Assembly: GCA_028023455.1 (NCBI GenBank)
Contig: JAQFVV010000006.1
Coordinates: 744,001 to 808,000, forward strand
Direction: 5' to 3'
Length of the DNA stretch: 64,000 bases
DNA from: Epiperipatus broadwayi
Taxonomy: Eukaryota; Animalia; Onychophora
Under the pieces are notes generated by a model. It saw only the letters and a program-made list of their open reading frames with translations, was not told where the DNA came from and made no database searches. Below, piece by piece: positions 42,000-54,000 of this stretch. Made by a program: the position numbers and the translations under genes. Position 1 is the first letter of the stretch, and each line of letters opens with the position of its first letter.

Positions 42000-42628
42000 A
42001 ACTTAGTGGGAAGGTAGTTACTTCCACTTTACAATTAGAAATACATTATGTAAATGAAAATTTGACAAATCTTCAAAAGAGAAAGGGAAAAACAGTAACT
42101 ATGAAAAGTTTATTAATTAATCAATCTACTGTTAATTAAATGCTAGCATCTTGAAGTTTTTAAGACCTTATCAAATTTCAATGAAACTATACTAGAATTA
42201 TTTGTATTTTTACATTTATTTGGTTTTGCTGTACTGTTTTTTTTAACAAACATAGAACTTTTGACAATACTCAACATAAATATTTTCTTTGCACATCTTT
42301 CTAGTTAGAAAGTTTTTTTTCAAATATTAGGTTTTTACAACTATGCTTCTCTATTAGTAGTTTTGTTGAATTTTATTTTTTTTATAAAGATTATATTAAT
42401 CTAGAATTGACTTTCTTGTAAATTTTCTTGAAGAAATTTTTGCTAGTTCTTAAGAAAGGTTTAATTCCCATGTCTTCCAATATTGGCAACAGGCAATAAG
42501 ATTTCACCTTCATATAGTTCATTTACAAATGCAATTTGAGAAAACTTAATGGAAAACAAAATACTAACTAGTATTGTTTTCATTTATTTACTTGATCTAT
42601 CCTCCAACATATTCTCATGTGACAATTT

Positions 42629-43272
42629 CTTCATACAGTAGTCCCATCTTGTGCCAACAAGAGCAATCAATGGATGCCAGAAGGCTTGTGCATAAAATTC
42701 CTATCTAGCGCCTACACCTCCAATATCCCCATACTAGTTTCTGGCCTGTGGCCATCATTAGTGAGAAGCCTTGGATCTGAGAGCACTGCACCTAGATCTT
42801 AGGATCTAGTGCAACCCTCCTCCAGCCACCTTTTAACTCTACCTAACTACAAAACTAAGAAAATGAAATTGAAAACATAATTATATTTTCAATCTAAGCT
42901 CAATAGCTTATATAGTCATATGGATCTGAACTCAATTCAGCACCCATACATTTTGGTGTCTTTGGCTCTTTAACAACCATAGCCACAATTATCCTATTAG
43001 TCAGGATTGGTGTTAAACCACTAAACCTCACATGATCACTATCTCATACTAGCACATAATTGTTATTAAACAAAGCAAAGCAAAACTCTCCATACAGTAG
43101 TGCCATCTTGTGCCAACAAGAGCAATCAATGCACTAGTTAGGGATTTTATGCACAAGTCTTCTGGCATCCATTGATTACTCTTGTTGGCACAAGATGGCA
43201 CTACTGTATGGAGAGTTTTACTTTGCTTTGTTTAATAACAGTTATGTGCTAGTATGAGATAGTGATCATGTG
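42629..43272. mobile_element. Family A copy A4: 459-bp monomer overlap plus inverted arm, 12-bp TSD
   Basis: TSD atgtgacaattt at 42617-42628 and 43273-43284; catacagtag at 42632 and 43091. The HHR on - (42726-42767) carries CUAAUGA (G5A). Confidence 0.9.
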
Positions 43273-43904
43273 ATGTGACAATTTGTGTATCTTTAATTGG
43301 AAAAACAAATCATTTCTTTACCAGATGCAATGGTGTATTTGTTTGTAGTCAGTTCCGTGTTGATGACTCATTTTATTAATAAAATAAATAATGATTTCAT
43401 TAAAATTACATTTTCATTCTATCTTTAAACATTTTTAGTCTGTAAACAATACATTTGAAAACTTGACAGATATAATCTGTAAACAATAAATTTGAAAACT
43501 TGACATATATAATTTATTAAAATACAAATAAATTCTTTACCTTACAAATAAACAAAAATTCATTTCACAATATCCAATTTTCAATCTACAAAAATGATTT
43601 TCTGGAAAGCAATTTTACTTATCACCAAAACATATAAGGCTTCTTTGTGTTTTTCTTCATAATTCAATAAATATGGATTTAGACCATACTGCTCTAAAAT
43701 ATTGTAATTATTTTTATTTAAGTTTAATCATTACAGAAAATTATGTTTAAATCTTTACAATTCAAAATTTTAGGAGAAAAAATGTTTTAATAGTGAGGGT
43801 TTTTTTTATGTAATTTTTTTTTCACATATGCATCCACTTTAGATGGCTAAAGAGTTGGAGAGTGGAGAAAATTGAAGCCTGTCTATTAAAATTTGAAGAA
43901 TTTC

Positions 43905-44105
43905 TATCTTAATATAAACCAAGCACTTATTATATGTGTGTGTGTGGGAAATGATGATCTGGATCTACTGATGAGCGCTGGTTTAGCGTGAAATACATAC
44001 ATTGAAATTCTTTTATCATTTTCACATGTACGTGGTTCTGTGTATCTGTTATACTGGATAGAGTGGATGGCTGTAGGAAGTTTGAAAGTTTGGGTTCAAA
44101 CCCCC
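43905..44105 (+). mobile_element. Family C HHR-bearing repeat, copy 1
   Basis: CUGAUGA GCGCU GGUUU AGCGU GAAA UACAUA CA at 43968-44001 (U16.1 mutated). Flanks are homologous to 59030-59235. Confidence 0.7.
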
Positions 44106-44525
44106 TCTAATTAATAGTATATACTTATAAATATTACAATTTTTGTTTTACAATAGCTATACTTCATGATTTGAGTTTTATATAAAATTTGTTCAATCTT
44201 CTGATGTGCTCACGTAAATCTAATCTTTAATATTTTTTTATTAAATATATTGATCTTAAATAACAAATATGTTAAATACATATAAATCAGTGAAGCTTCC
44301 TTCAATTAATTAAACAATCCTTTATAACTAAGTGCTTTCAGGGCAATATTTAAACCTCATAACCATAGCTAATTAACTGATGATACATTATAAGTAACGC
44401 TTTTTTTAATTGCATATATATATTGAGCTGTTCTCTCTTGGAAAAATTGTATAAATTTATTGTCCTTTCATTTTCTCCCATTATCTGAAAAAAATAAATA
44501 AAGACAATTTGATTAGGGTAGTTAC

Positions 44526-44722
44526 GGATAATTCAACCGATGACGTATTACCCTGAAGGCATATCAGTCTGATCTTGCGATTTTTAAGATAACGTCTCCA
44601 AGTGATCTGCAGACACATGTAATCGCTAAAATGTGTCCGCAGATCACGTGAACATGGTACGTTAAAAATCGCAAGATTAGACTGATATGACTTAGGGTAA
44701 TACGTCAGCGGTTGAATTATCC
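44526..44722. repeat. ~195-bp imperfect palindrome (arms ~92 bp) rich in CpG
   Basis: ggataattcaaccgatgacgtattaccct..tgatctgcagacacat / atgtgtccgcagatca..agggtaatacgtcagcggttgaattatcc. Confidence 0.9.
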
Positions 44723-45005
44723 AGGTCACGTGATAAAAACTATTCAAAAATTATAAAAATCTGACGCAGGTCAGTTTGAGAATTGTAGAAATATTAACAA
44801 AAAATATTTGTAAATTTAAAATAAACAGATAAATAAAACACTTTACCCGAATTAATAGCTCAAAAAAGTAACTGTGATGCTGTGGATAGCAAAATCACAA
44901 TAGACAGAAAAAGCAAAAAATTTCCCAAATCTCTCTACGAATTTTAAATCTCGTGGGTGAAAAAAAAAATTGACTCTCTGATGGATTAATCACGCCAGTC
45001 ACTTG

Positions 45006-45032
45006 GTTATCATGACAACGTTGTCATGCAAA
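45006..45032. promoter_or_regulatory. RFX X-box-like element immediately upstream of a candidate first exon
   Basis: gttatcatgacaac (45006-45019) fits GTTNYCATGRNAAC; catgacaacgttgtcatg (45011-45028) is a perfect 18-bp palindrome. Confidence 0.55.
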
Positions 45033-45033
45033 A

Positions 45034-45061
45034 ATGTCGATGTCTACCAGAAGGGAAATCG
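45034..45061 (+). CDS. Candidate first coding exon of an unidentified gene (MSMSTRREI)
   Basis: aaaATG context, CpG-retaining promoter, perfect donor ATCG|gtaagt. Confidence 0.55.
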
Positions 45062-45386
45062 GTAAGTCAAAAACATCATCGCGTAAGTACCCTGATTAGT
45101 TATATAGAGCAAGTGTTATTATGAACAGATAAAAAACAAAAAATGCATATGGCTTTATTACTCAGGAGTTCATAATAAGTTTCAGTGCCATAACTGATCA
45201 TGGGAATTTCCAATCTCAAATGAGAGGCTCTATAACTGTGCCAAATAACGCAGGGAATATTAACAAATAGAAACACTATATACATAGCAAGTACAAGAGC
45301 TTTTAAAAATCATTAAATTGATCACTTCACCAATTGAAAGCAGAAATAAAGGAGATTTCAACTCATACAAAGTTAAAAGACATTTA

Positions 45387-45734
45387 AAATAGGCAAAACT
45401 CTCTCCATACAGTAGTGCCACTCTAAGTCAGACAGAGTAATCAATGGATTCCAGAAGGCTTGTGCATAAAATCCCTATCTAGTGCCTACTCATCCAATAT
45501 CTAAGATCTACGTGCAGTGCTCTCAGATCCAAGGCTCCTCACTGACGAAGGCCATAAACCAGAAACTAGTTTGGGGATATTGGATGAGTAGGCACTAGAT
45601 AGGGATTTTATGCATAAGCCTTCTGGCATCTATTGATTACTCTGTCTTGCTTAGAGTGGCACTACTGTATGGAGAGAGTTTTGCATATTTTAACAACAGT
45701 TATGAGCATGCATGGAAGATAATGATCATGTGAT
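45387..45734. mobile_element. Family A copy A5 with 15-bp TSD
   Basis: TSD gttaaaagacattta at 45372-45386 and 45735-45749. HHR on + at 45536-45577: CUGACGA AGGC CAUAA ACCA GAAA CUAG UU (weak stem II). Confidence 0.9.
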
Positions 45735-46585
45735 GTTAAAAGACATTTATAAGTAAGAATGGATTAAATATTAACAGTAGAAGTGGAAATGGGAAAATCC
45801 CATTACAAAAAGTAAAAAGAAATGAAAAAACTTGGGCAATCCAGAAGTAACACAAATATGTAAAAGAAGTAATAGTATAAGTGACCTATCACCTCATTTA
45901 CAAAGACAAGGGTTATATATTAACAAAATATTAACCAAGTAAGAATCTTGACGGGGAGTTTTTTATTTTAGGTACTTGAAACAGTTAAGGGGAATATGAA
46001 ACCAATGCAACTTCACGTAAAAATTATCAAAAAATGGATAATAACAAGACCTTAAACAAAAAGAATATTCACTGAGAGATTTTTTTACTTTGGGTACCTA
46101 AATTTTTAAAGTATCACATGATACTTGAAAGAAAATTTTGAGAAAATATTAGTAAACTTGACTTGTGATTGGAAAGACAAAATTTCTCAATTTATCAAAC
46201 ATTATTACCCTAATACATTAATTTCCATTGAAGGAATGTATTCTAAGACAGTCATTATTAGATAAACTTAGCCAAACTTAAATCATATTGAAATAATTTT
46301 AAAGATTTTGAAGCCTTACTGTTGAAGTCTATCCAGATGATATAAATAAATAATAAGGCTAAGCTTGCCACATCCAATAATTATGGATAGGTCTCAGGAT
46401 AAGAATAACTTTATAGATCATGGATTTCTTTATTTTATCAGGATTACTATATGATAGGATCTCTGAGTTTGTTTTGAGGCCAGCTATGTCAAATATCAGA
46501 TCATATGTGATAAGGTAGTCATAGAGTTCACATTACCAAAGTTGTATTATTCAATGGAGATAAGTTGTTTTTAATATGTTATCAG

Positions 46586-46604
46586 TGAAAGAACCGCTTC
46601 ACAG
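46586..46604 (+). CDS. Candidate 19-nt exon 2 ((V)KEPLH)
   Basis: ttatcag|TGAAAGAACCGCTTCACAG|gtaagt; phase matches 45034-45061. Confidence 0.5.
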
Positions 46605-47104
46605 GTAAGTAACAAAATTAGAAAAAATATTTAATGAGCATAAAACAATATTTTCTTCTGTGCTATAAATTATTAAAGCTATGATTGCATAATCAAAAGT
46701 TTTTGATGACCAACCATATTAATTCTGGTCATGAGTGAAAAATAACTCAACCAGATGATGGAATGGAGTATTACAACTAAATGCTTTACAGTAATCCTGT
46801 TATTGCAATGAAAAAAAAGATGGTTTGGTAAGGTTATATATAAATGCCAGACAAGTAAAAGTGCAAACTATTTCTGGTCACAAGATGCTCATTCAGTTGA
46901 AAGGCAAGTTAAGTGTTCATGACCTTCAACCTTAGACCAAGTTATTGGAAAATAAAGCTGCACTTGAAAAAAGAAAATATAAAGCTTTTAGATATGATGG
47001 TTACTCATGTACATTTAACAGAATGCCATTACTATTATAGAGTAGGCTTATCAAAATGCCTGGGCCAAGTGTTCAATGATTGTATATGTAAGTAGCATGT
47101 TGCA

Positions 47105-47297
47105 TCTATCTACCTACCTATCTACCTTCCTGCCTGCCCACCCACCTACCCCCTACCTACCTACCTATTTATCTACCTACCTACCTACTTACCTACCTAC
47201 CTACATACCTATCTACTTACCTACCTATCTATCTATCTATTTTTCTATCTATCTCTATCTATATATCTATCTCTCTATCTATCTCTCTCTATCTCTA

Positions 47298-47360
<63 letters not shown>

Positions 47361-47425
47361 GTTTGTCTGTCTGTCTGTCTGTCTATCTGTATGTTTGTCT
47401 GCCTGCCTATTTATCTATCTATTTA
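47105..47425. repeat. Compound tetranucleotide microsatellite (CTAC)n/(CTAT)n/(CTGT)n
   Basis: Directly visible; it accounts for the spurious ORF 47076-47459. Confidence 0.95.
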
Positions 47426-48360
47426 TCTAATAAGGTTATATTTCTATGCTATCTCATAGGATCAAAAGGAATTAACCTATATCAAGCAATAAGAGAATTA
47501 CCAGGTCTAAAGACATAAAATAGGCACGATCATTTTAGGGGATCTGGAATTTTTATAATCAATTTTTACAAAAATATGGCCATGGATATGTAATCTTTAT
47601 TTTAACTTCTAAGAAAGAATATGCCATTGAAATGGTCCCCCTCCAAAAGGCAAAGACCTGAATTAGATTAAAAATTATTTCTGGAATGTAGTAATGCTGC
47701 CATACCCTGACTTCGATAAATCCTAAATACTGATATATAGTAATGGCTATGAATTAGGATTTGCATTTTTCAAATACAGAAGGATGATGATCTATGATTC
47801 TCTATTTCATAAAATGATTACTAAAGGTTCAAAATTAAATAATACTAATGTGAAAAAGGTGATTCTAAAAATAATCTAGGTCTTCTAAAATTTGCAGACA
47901 GTCACTCTCAAATTCAGAGACAGTTGTGAGAACAAAGATTTTTTGAGTTCTTGAATCAGTTATTTTATCAATAGTTGTTTAGTTTATTAGAATCCAATAT
48001 TATAAAGATTCTGAAAATATAGTGGTAGATATCCTGGAACATAATATGGAATGGCCTTTCAGAAACACACATATATATAGAAAATGTATATATTGCAGTT
48101 GTAGATCTGGGCATGAATGAGTCCTGGGGGGAAAGATTTGTAGCATTTACCAAGATTTCTGAGGCAGGATAAGAATATGTGGATATTATATCTCAGCTTA
48201 AAATAAACCCAAGTTGATTGCCTAAATTAGTAACATCATATTATAGATCTGTAATAACAAATAATTTAATATATCAATCACACAGTTCTTCTTTCCAAAA
48301 TAGTTCATAAATATCCAATATGGAAATAAAATAAACAAACTCCTTTTTAAAACTTGTTTT

Positions 48361-50974
48361 ATATGACTATAATGATGAAAAAGAAATCCAACGTTTTGAC
48401 TATTTCATATAGTCTTTTTCAAGGTACACTAAAATAAAATAAAATATATATAATAATAAATATCACATATTCCAAAAAAAATATAAAAAAATAAAAATAT
48501 TAAATTAAAAATTACGAAATATATTCATAACCAAAAATTTACCTTATCTCCCATTCTCCTTTTCTATTACAAACAATCACAACCTAAACATACAAACATT
48601 TTATTTCATTCTTTTTTTTTTTTTAAAAAAAAAAACAACTATATATATATTTTAAAACATTTAATTAAAAACCTATTGTTTTCTTTTCTCTTTTTCCATT
48701 AACATTTTATTTAATTCTGGTTTTAATTCATTAATGTACATACCTTCCCTTATCATCCTTTCATTGTATGACTTAATACATTCCAAAGGCTTTATTTTAA
48801 AATCCCCATGCTTCAATTTATTCAAGTGAATGTAAACAGCAAAATTTTTATCATCTAAATGCTGTTTTAATCTAGTTTTTAATTTATTCTTACTAGTCCC
48901 AACATATGTCATTTCTACATTCTTTCTAAAACGATCCAAACATTTTATCAAATAAACTGAATTCATAATGTCTAACCTATTATAGTCTTCATTATTATTA
49001 ATTAAAAAATGTAAACTTGCTTTCTTTTTATAAACTGGACAAATTGAAACATTATATTTCCTATTAATCATTTTAACTAATTTCTTACCTTTAATAAATA
49101 AATCTTTAGATATATTAAAACCAACATAAATAATCTTTTCTCTATTCCTATTCCTATCTAATCCCATTCTATTTCTTATTTTATTTATATTTTTATTAGA
49201 AAACAAATGTTTAACTACACCCCCAGGATAATCATTCATAAAACATTCATTTCTAATAATATCAACCTCATTCTCAAACAAATTACTATTTGAACATAAC
49301 TTAATTGCCCTAATAATTTTATTATTAACAATATTAATTTTACTATGATTATCAATATCTGAAGACCAATTATTTGATAACCAAAAAATATTTTTTTCTA
49401 AATACAGATGTTTCTATAATAACACTACCATTCCTATCAATTTTTTAAAAAAATTCTAACATCCATATATTCAATAACATTAATATATTCTTTTTCCATA
49501 GTAAACTTTATTTTTTCAACTCTAACATTAATATAATTCAAAAACTTATCTGCATTTTTTTTATTACCATTGAAAACCATGTCTAACATAAAAAATTGGT
49601 TTATTCCTATTATAATTAAAAAAATTGCCCTTCAAACTTATACATATATATATATCCCTGCCAAAAAACCACTTGGTAGGGATATATATGTATAAGTTTG
49701 AAGAGCAATTTTTTAATTATAATAGGAATAAACCAATTTTTTATGTTAGATATGTTGATGACTATGTTATGTTTTTCAATGGTAATAAAAGAAATGTAGA
49801 TAAGTTTTTGAATTATATTAATGGTAGAATTGAAAAAATAAAGTTTACTATGGAAAAAGAATATATTAATGTTATTGAATATATGGATGTTAGAATTTTT
49901 TTAAAAAAATTATAGGAATGGTAGTGTTATTATAGAAACATCTGCGTTTAGAAGAAAAAAAAATTTGTATTAAGTAATTGGTTTTCAGATATTGATAATC
50001 ATAGTAAAATTAATATTGTTAATAATAAAATTATAAGGGCAATTAAATTATGTTCAAATAGTAATTTGTTTGAAAATGTGGTTGATATTATCAGGAATGA
50101 ATGTTTTATGAATGATTTATCCTAGGAGTGTAGTTGAACATTTATTTTCTGATATAAATAAAATAAAAAACAGAATGGGATTAGATAGGAACAGGAATAG
50201 AGAAAAGATTATTTATGTTGGTTTTAATATATCTAAAGATTTATTTATTAAAGTTAAGAAATTAGTTAAAATGATTAATAGGAAATATAATGTTTCAATT
50301 TGTCCAGTTTATAAAAAGAAAGCAAGTTTAATTTTTTTAATTAATAATAATGGGGACTATAATGGGTTAGACATTATGAATTCAGTTTATTTGATAAAAT
50401 GTTTGAATTGTTTTAGAAAGAATGTAGAAATAACATATGTTGGGACTAGTAAGAATAAATTAAAAACTAGATTAAAACAGCATTAAGGTGATAAAAATTC
50501 TGCTGTTTACATTCACATGAATAAATTTAAGTATCGGGATTTTAAAATAAAGCCTTTGGGATGTATTAAGTCATACAATGAAAGGTTGATAAAGGAAAGT
50601 ATGTATGTGCATTAATGAAATAGAACCAGAATTAAATAGGATGTTAATGAAAAAAGAGAAAAGAAAATAATAGGTTTTTAATTAAATTTTTTAAAGGATA
50701 TATATAGTTTTGTTTTTTTTAAAAAAAGAATGAAATAAAATGTTTGTGTTTAGGTTGTGATTGCTTGTAATAGAAAAGGGGAGTGGGAGATAAGGTAAAT
50801 TTTTGGTTATGAATATATTTTGTAATTTTTAATTTAATATTTTTTTTATTTTATTTTTTTTGGAATATGTGATATTTATTATTATATATATTTTATTTTA
50901 TTTTAGTGTACCTAGAAAAAGACTGTATGAAATAGGCTAAATGTTGGATTTCTTTTTCATCATTATAGTCATAT
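48361..50974. mobile_element. Two 5'-truncated Penelope-like copies forming a 2.6-kb palindrome
   Basis: Left arm (-) 49659-48361 and right arm (+) 49678-50974 around an 18-nt spacer. FYVRYVDD, KFTME, NSVYLIKC..TYVGTSKNKLKTRLKQH..ERMIREGMYI. Outer ends atatgactataatgatg / catcattatagtcatat. Confidence 0.92.
48389..48424 (-). ncRNA. Decayed PLE-type hammerhead-like variant (mirror copy 50911-50947 on +)
   Basis: CCUUGAAAAA GACUAU AUGAA AUAGUC AAAA CGUUG: 6-bp stem II intact, both core segments mutated. Confidence 0.35.
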
Positions 50975-51202
50975 TTATAGTCTCTGCCACAAGTCTTATG
51001 CAATTTTATATTGCTAAGACTACTACTGTATGGTATGGCTGAAGATCTATCAGCTCCATATAGCTATTTGAGTTGGATAGCTGGGTTTGAAGACATGTAA
51101 ATGTCTGAAAATTTCAGATTTTCCACTCAATAGATAACTTTTAAATAAGTGCTTGGCTTTGGGTTGGCATTTTTAGATCTAGTGTCTGAACCTAGCCTGA
51201 CA

Positions 51203-51243
51203 CCTCTCTGAGGAGTGCCAAAGCATGAAACCATGGTCAGAGG
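51203..51243 (+). ncRNA. Intact minimal type I hammerhead ribozyme (family E)
   Basis: CCUCU CUGAGGA GUGC CAAA GCAU GAAA CCAUGG UC|AGAGG: perfect 5-bp stem I, 4-bp stem II, palindromic stem III, all core bases canonical. Predicted cleavage after C51238. Confidence 0.88.
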
Positions 51244-53710
51244 TTTGGGAAGGGGTTCCTGACAGAGATATTTTAAGTGCTGGCTCTGGCTAAGCATTTA
51301 TCATAAAGCTTGTAGAGGAATTGGCAATCCTCATTGTTTATAACTTTATAAGTTTAAGAGATAGGGTCATGTGATCTATGACTCTTATTTTGACTATATA
51401 AAAGGCAAGTTTTAAAAAGTTTGTTTGTTTATTTTTATATCTGTAATAACCAAGGAGAGTGAAAATGTTTGGAGTATTGTTATAATACCTGTATTGAGAA
51501 AAAAATTAAATTTGCATATTCACTGCTCACATGAATACTATTGCCCTAGGAATGTAAAGGCAATGTTTTTCTAATTTTTTTACTGACCTGAAATGTATTT
51601 TTTTATGTTTTCCACATTGCTTAAATATGAGACTTATTTGTCAACCAAACTACACATAACATCTACTTCCACAAACACATAAGGAGATATTGCCCATAGA
51701 TTATTCCATGGAAAGAAATACTTAATCATCACATATGATGTTCATTCCAAATTTGTCACTGCTTAGCAAGTGCAATAAGTCAATACCAAAAACCTTATGC
51801 ATGTGATATTTTATTGGTTTCAAGCCATATTTATGTTATTTTAAAATTGGAAAAATTACCTTGGGGAATCAAAGACCACTTTGTCCGATATGGTAGCTGA
51901 ATAGCAGAATTAGATCACCAATAATGGAATTAGGTATATAGTAATAATATCCATTAAGAACCCACATTAGAATCACTGTGAAGATGTTAGTGAGGGTCAG
52001 GTAGATTGTTCAAGATATATTTGACCACTGATCATAGAAAATTGGGGGACTGGATCAAACAAATGATTAATTGTATTAATTGCTATACTATTGAATTTAC
52101 AAGATTTTCACCTATGCATTTGCATCTAGATAAACATGCTGCTTTTTATTAAAAACTTGATTACTCATTATATAAGAAACTATTGACCCTAATAGAACTA
52201 AATAAAACATTTTAGCAAACATAAAGCATCAAATTCAAGAACATAATAGGCAATGTTTTATCTTTCATGTGTTCGAAACAGGCAGCAAACTAATTACAAA
52301 AGTTTCGAATGCCAGAAATCCTGAAAGATATATACTTAAAAAAGTTTCAGGACATTCATGAGAGTCCCTTTGGGATTTCTGGACAAGAGAGGGAAATGCA
52401 TTCCCAATAGATGATGAGAAACAAATCAATGTTTCCAATGATGCTTGACTGTTAAAATCTCCCTAGAAGATAATGAACAGAGAGGTGCATGATCAATTTT
52501 TTTATCATTTGTGGTATCAAAAAAAGTGGAGGAAGGTGTCAGATGTAGATGGATTTTTTAAAGAATTGAGTGTTAAGACTTATTGATGAATGTTTATAAT
52601 ATGACTAGTCATAAAAGTCTGAAAGATAGTAAATCCAAATTATCATGCAGGGAGAACATTGGACTATGGAAACAGTGATGGACTATGGATTTCCATTTGT
52701 TTGGCATAAATTCATGGCTTGCATTTATGCCATCTAAAAGCAATGAGTCCCTCAATGTAGTTTGTTTTTTGCATGAGTTGTTTAATCTAAAATATATTAA
52801 TCTGTGTATATGCATGATTATACTTGTTGCACCAGAAATCTTACAATCCTAAGTTAGTATCAATTTTTAGGGGAAGCATGGCTAATACTTCTGAATTCCA
52901 AGATGAAAAATAATCTGATGGAAAGCAGCAATCATTAATCTCACCTGACATGACTGGTAGCATTGATGTTAATGCCATTTCTGATGTGGAAATGCACGGA
53001 GACTTATTGTATCCACTGTATAAGCAAATATCTGTAAATCTATAATAAGTTGACTTAAAATAGAAATAAGAATTAACAGCCACTTGTAAATAAGTACAAC
53101 CATTCTTATTCAAAAATAAACAAAAAGAGAGAAAGATAGACAAACAAAAGTACTCTAGAAATGAGTTTTGTGATGACTATGCAAATTAATTTGTGAAACA
53201 CAAATACATCACATATGGAACAAGTCGGTGAATTTTTTTATTAATTATGTCTGTTTCCTCAGCAGAAAAGTTTACTTTCTGAAATACTTCAACATTGCAT
53301 CTAATTGTAGTTCCCTGATGTACTCCAAATAAAACAATTGATATCACAGTTCTTTAGAACATCTCTGAGACAATTCTTACAATATAGATGGGTCTATTTC
53401 TTCTATAAAATTGCTCCATCTCACCATAACACATCTTTCTAAAAATAATTGTATTATTCATTCATTTTACAAGTCCAATCCAACAATGACTTCATAATAC
53501 TGGGTTCTGCAGTATCATATTCAACAAGTTAATGTACTGGACATTGTGTTTTTAAATTTTTATGGAACATCCATAAATGAAACATTTCTAAAGCTTTTAC
53601 ATTGCGCCAATAGGGTGAGCAAGTTTCACTTCCTTACAACCAATTAGATCAAACAACGTCTACATGCAGCTAAACTTAGTTTCAGTCTTCAATTCCTTGT
53701 GATAAAATAT

Positions 53711-53736
53711 TTAATCTTTTATATTTTTAAAAGCAT
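53711..53736 (-). CDS. Candidate terminal coding exon of an unidentified minus-strand gene ((D)AFKNIKD*)
   Basis: Strong acceptor ctttctctctgcag; phase matches 53947-54000. Confidence 0.35.
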
Positions 53737-53946
53737 CTGCAGAGAGAAAGTGAATATCCATAAAAGGAATAAACTTAATAGAAAGCATGAAATGTATGAA
53801 GCTACTGCAAATACATGGAAAACTAAATATGTAATGTTTAGAAAAATAAATGCTTCATGGAACAATCTTGTACAAATATTTTACTAGAACTAAATTCAAG
53901 CAGATTCAAAAGAACCATTTAAAATAAAACTTGCAAATACATTTAC

Positions 53947-54000
53947 CTTTTGTCCGTTGTGTCTGATAAAAGAAGATATTCTTTTTTATCTGGCCTTCAA
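53947..54000 (-). CDS. Candidate internal exon (xEGQIKKNIFFYQTQRTK)
   Basis: atacag|..AAAAG|gtaaat; only one frame is open. Confidence 0.4.

Larger units (their letters stand above)
41600..42039. mobile_element. Fold-back MITE family B, copy 2, interrupted by family A copy A3
   Basis: Arms taattgtaaagtggaa..tcccactaagttatgtagcatcaaaa / ttttggtgctatgtaacttagtgggaa..ttccactttacaatta around the centre aaatggtaccatt. Confidence 0.75.
45800..47900 (+). mobile_element. Decayed gypsy pol remnant (RT, RNase H) interrupted by a microsatellite
   Basis: YSNPVIAM.KKDGLVRL..NARQV, FMTFNLRPSYWKIKLH, KAFRYDGYSCTFNRMP at 46780-47030; RNase H-like remnants at 47450-47900. Confidence 0.7.

Noticed and set aside
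39643-44485. Scattered exon-like segments (43626-43693 QYGLNPYLLNYEEKHKEALYVL on -, 40112-40232 on either strand, 39643-39712 on -)
   Set aside because: They may be real exons of a minus-strand gene from the 45-kb promoter, but I could not chain them in phase or find a start.
47076-47459. 127-aa ORF rich in YLSI/YLPT
   Set aside because: Translation of a compound microsatellite.
51030-51090. ctgaaga followed by a long hairpin
   Set aside because: No GAAA directly after the stem, so it is not an HHR.
52841-53700. Coding-like minus-strand region including ORF 52841-53143
   Set aside because: Frequent stops and no recognisable domain; more likely 3' UTR of the minus-strand model or a decayed element.
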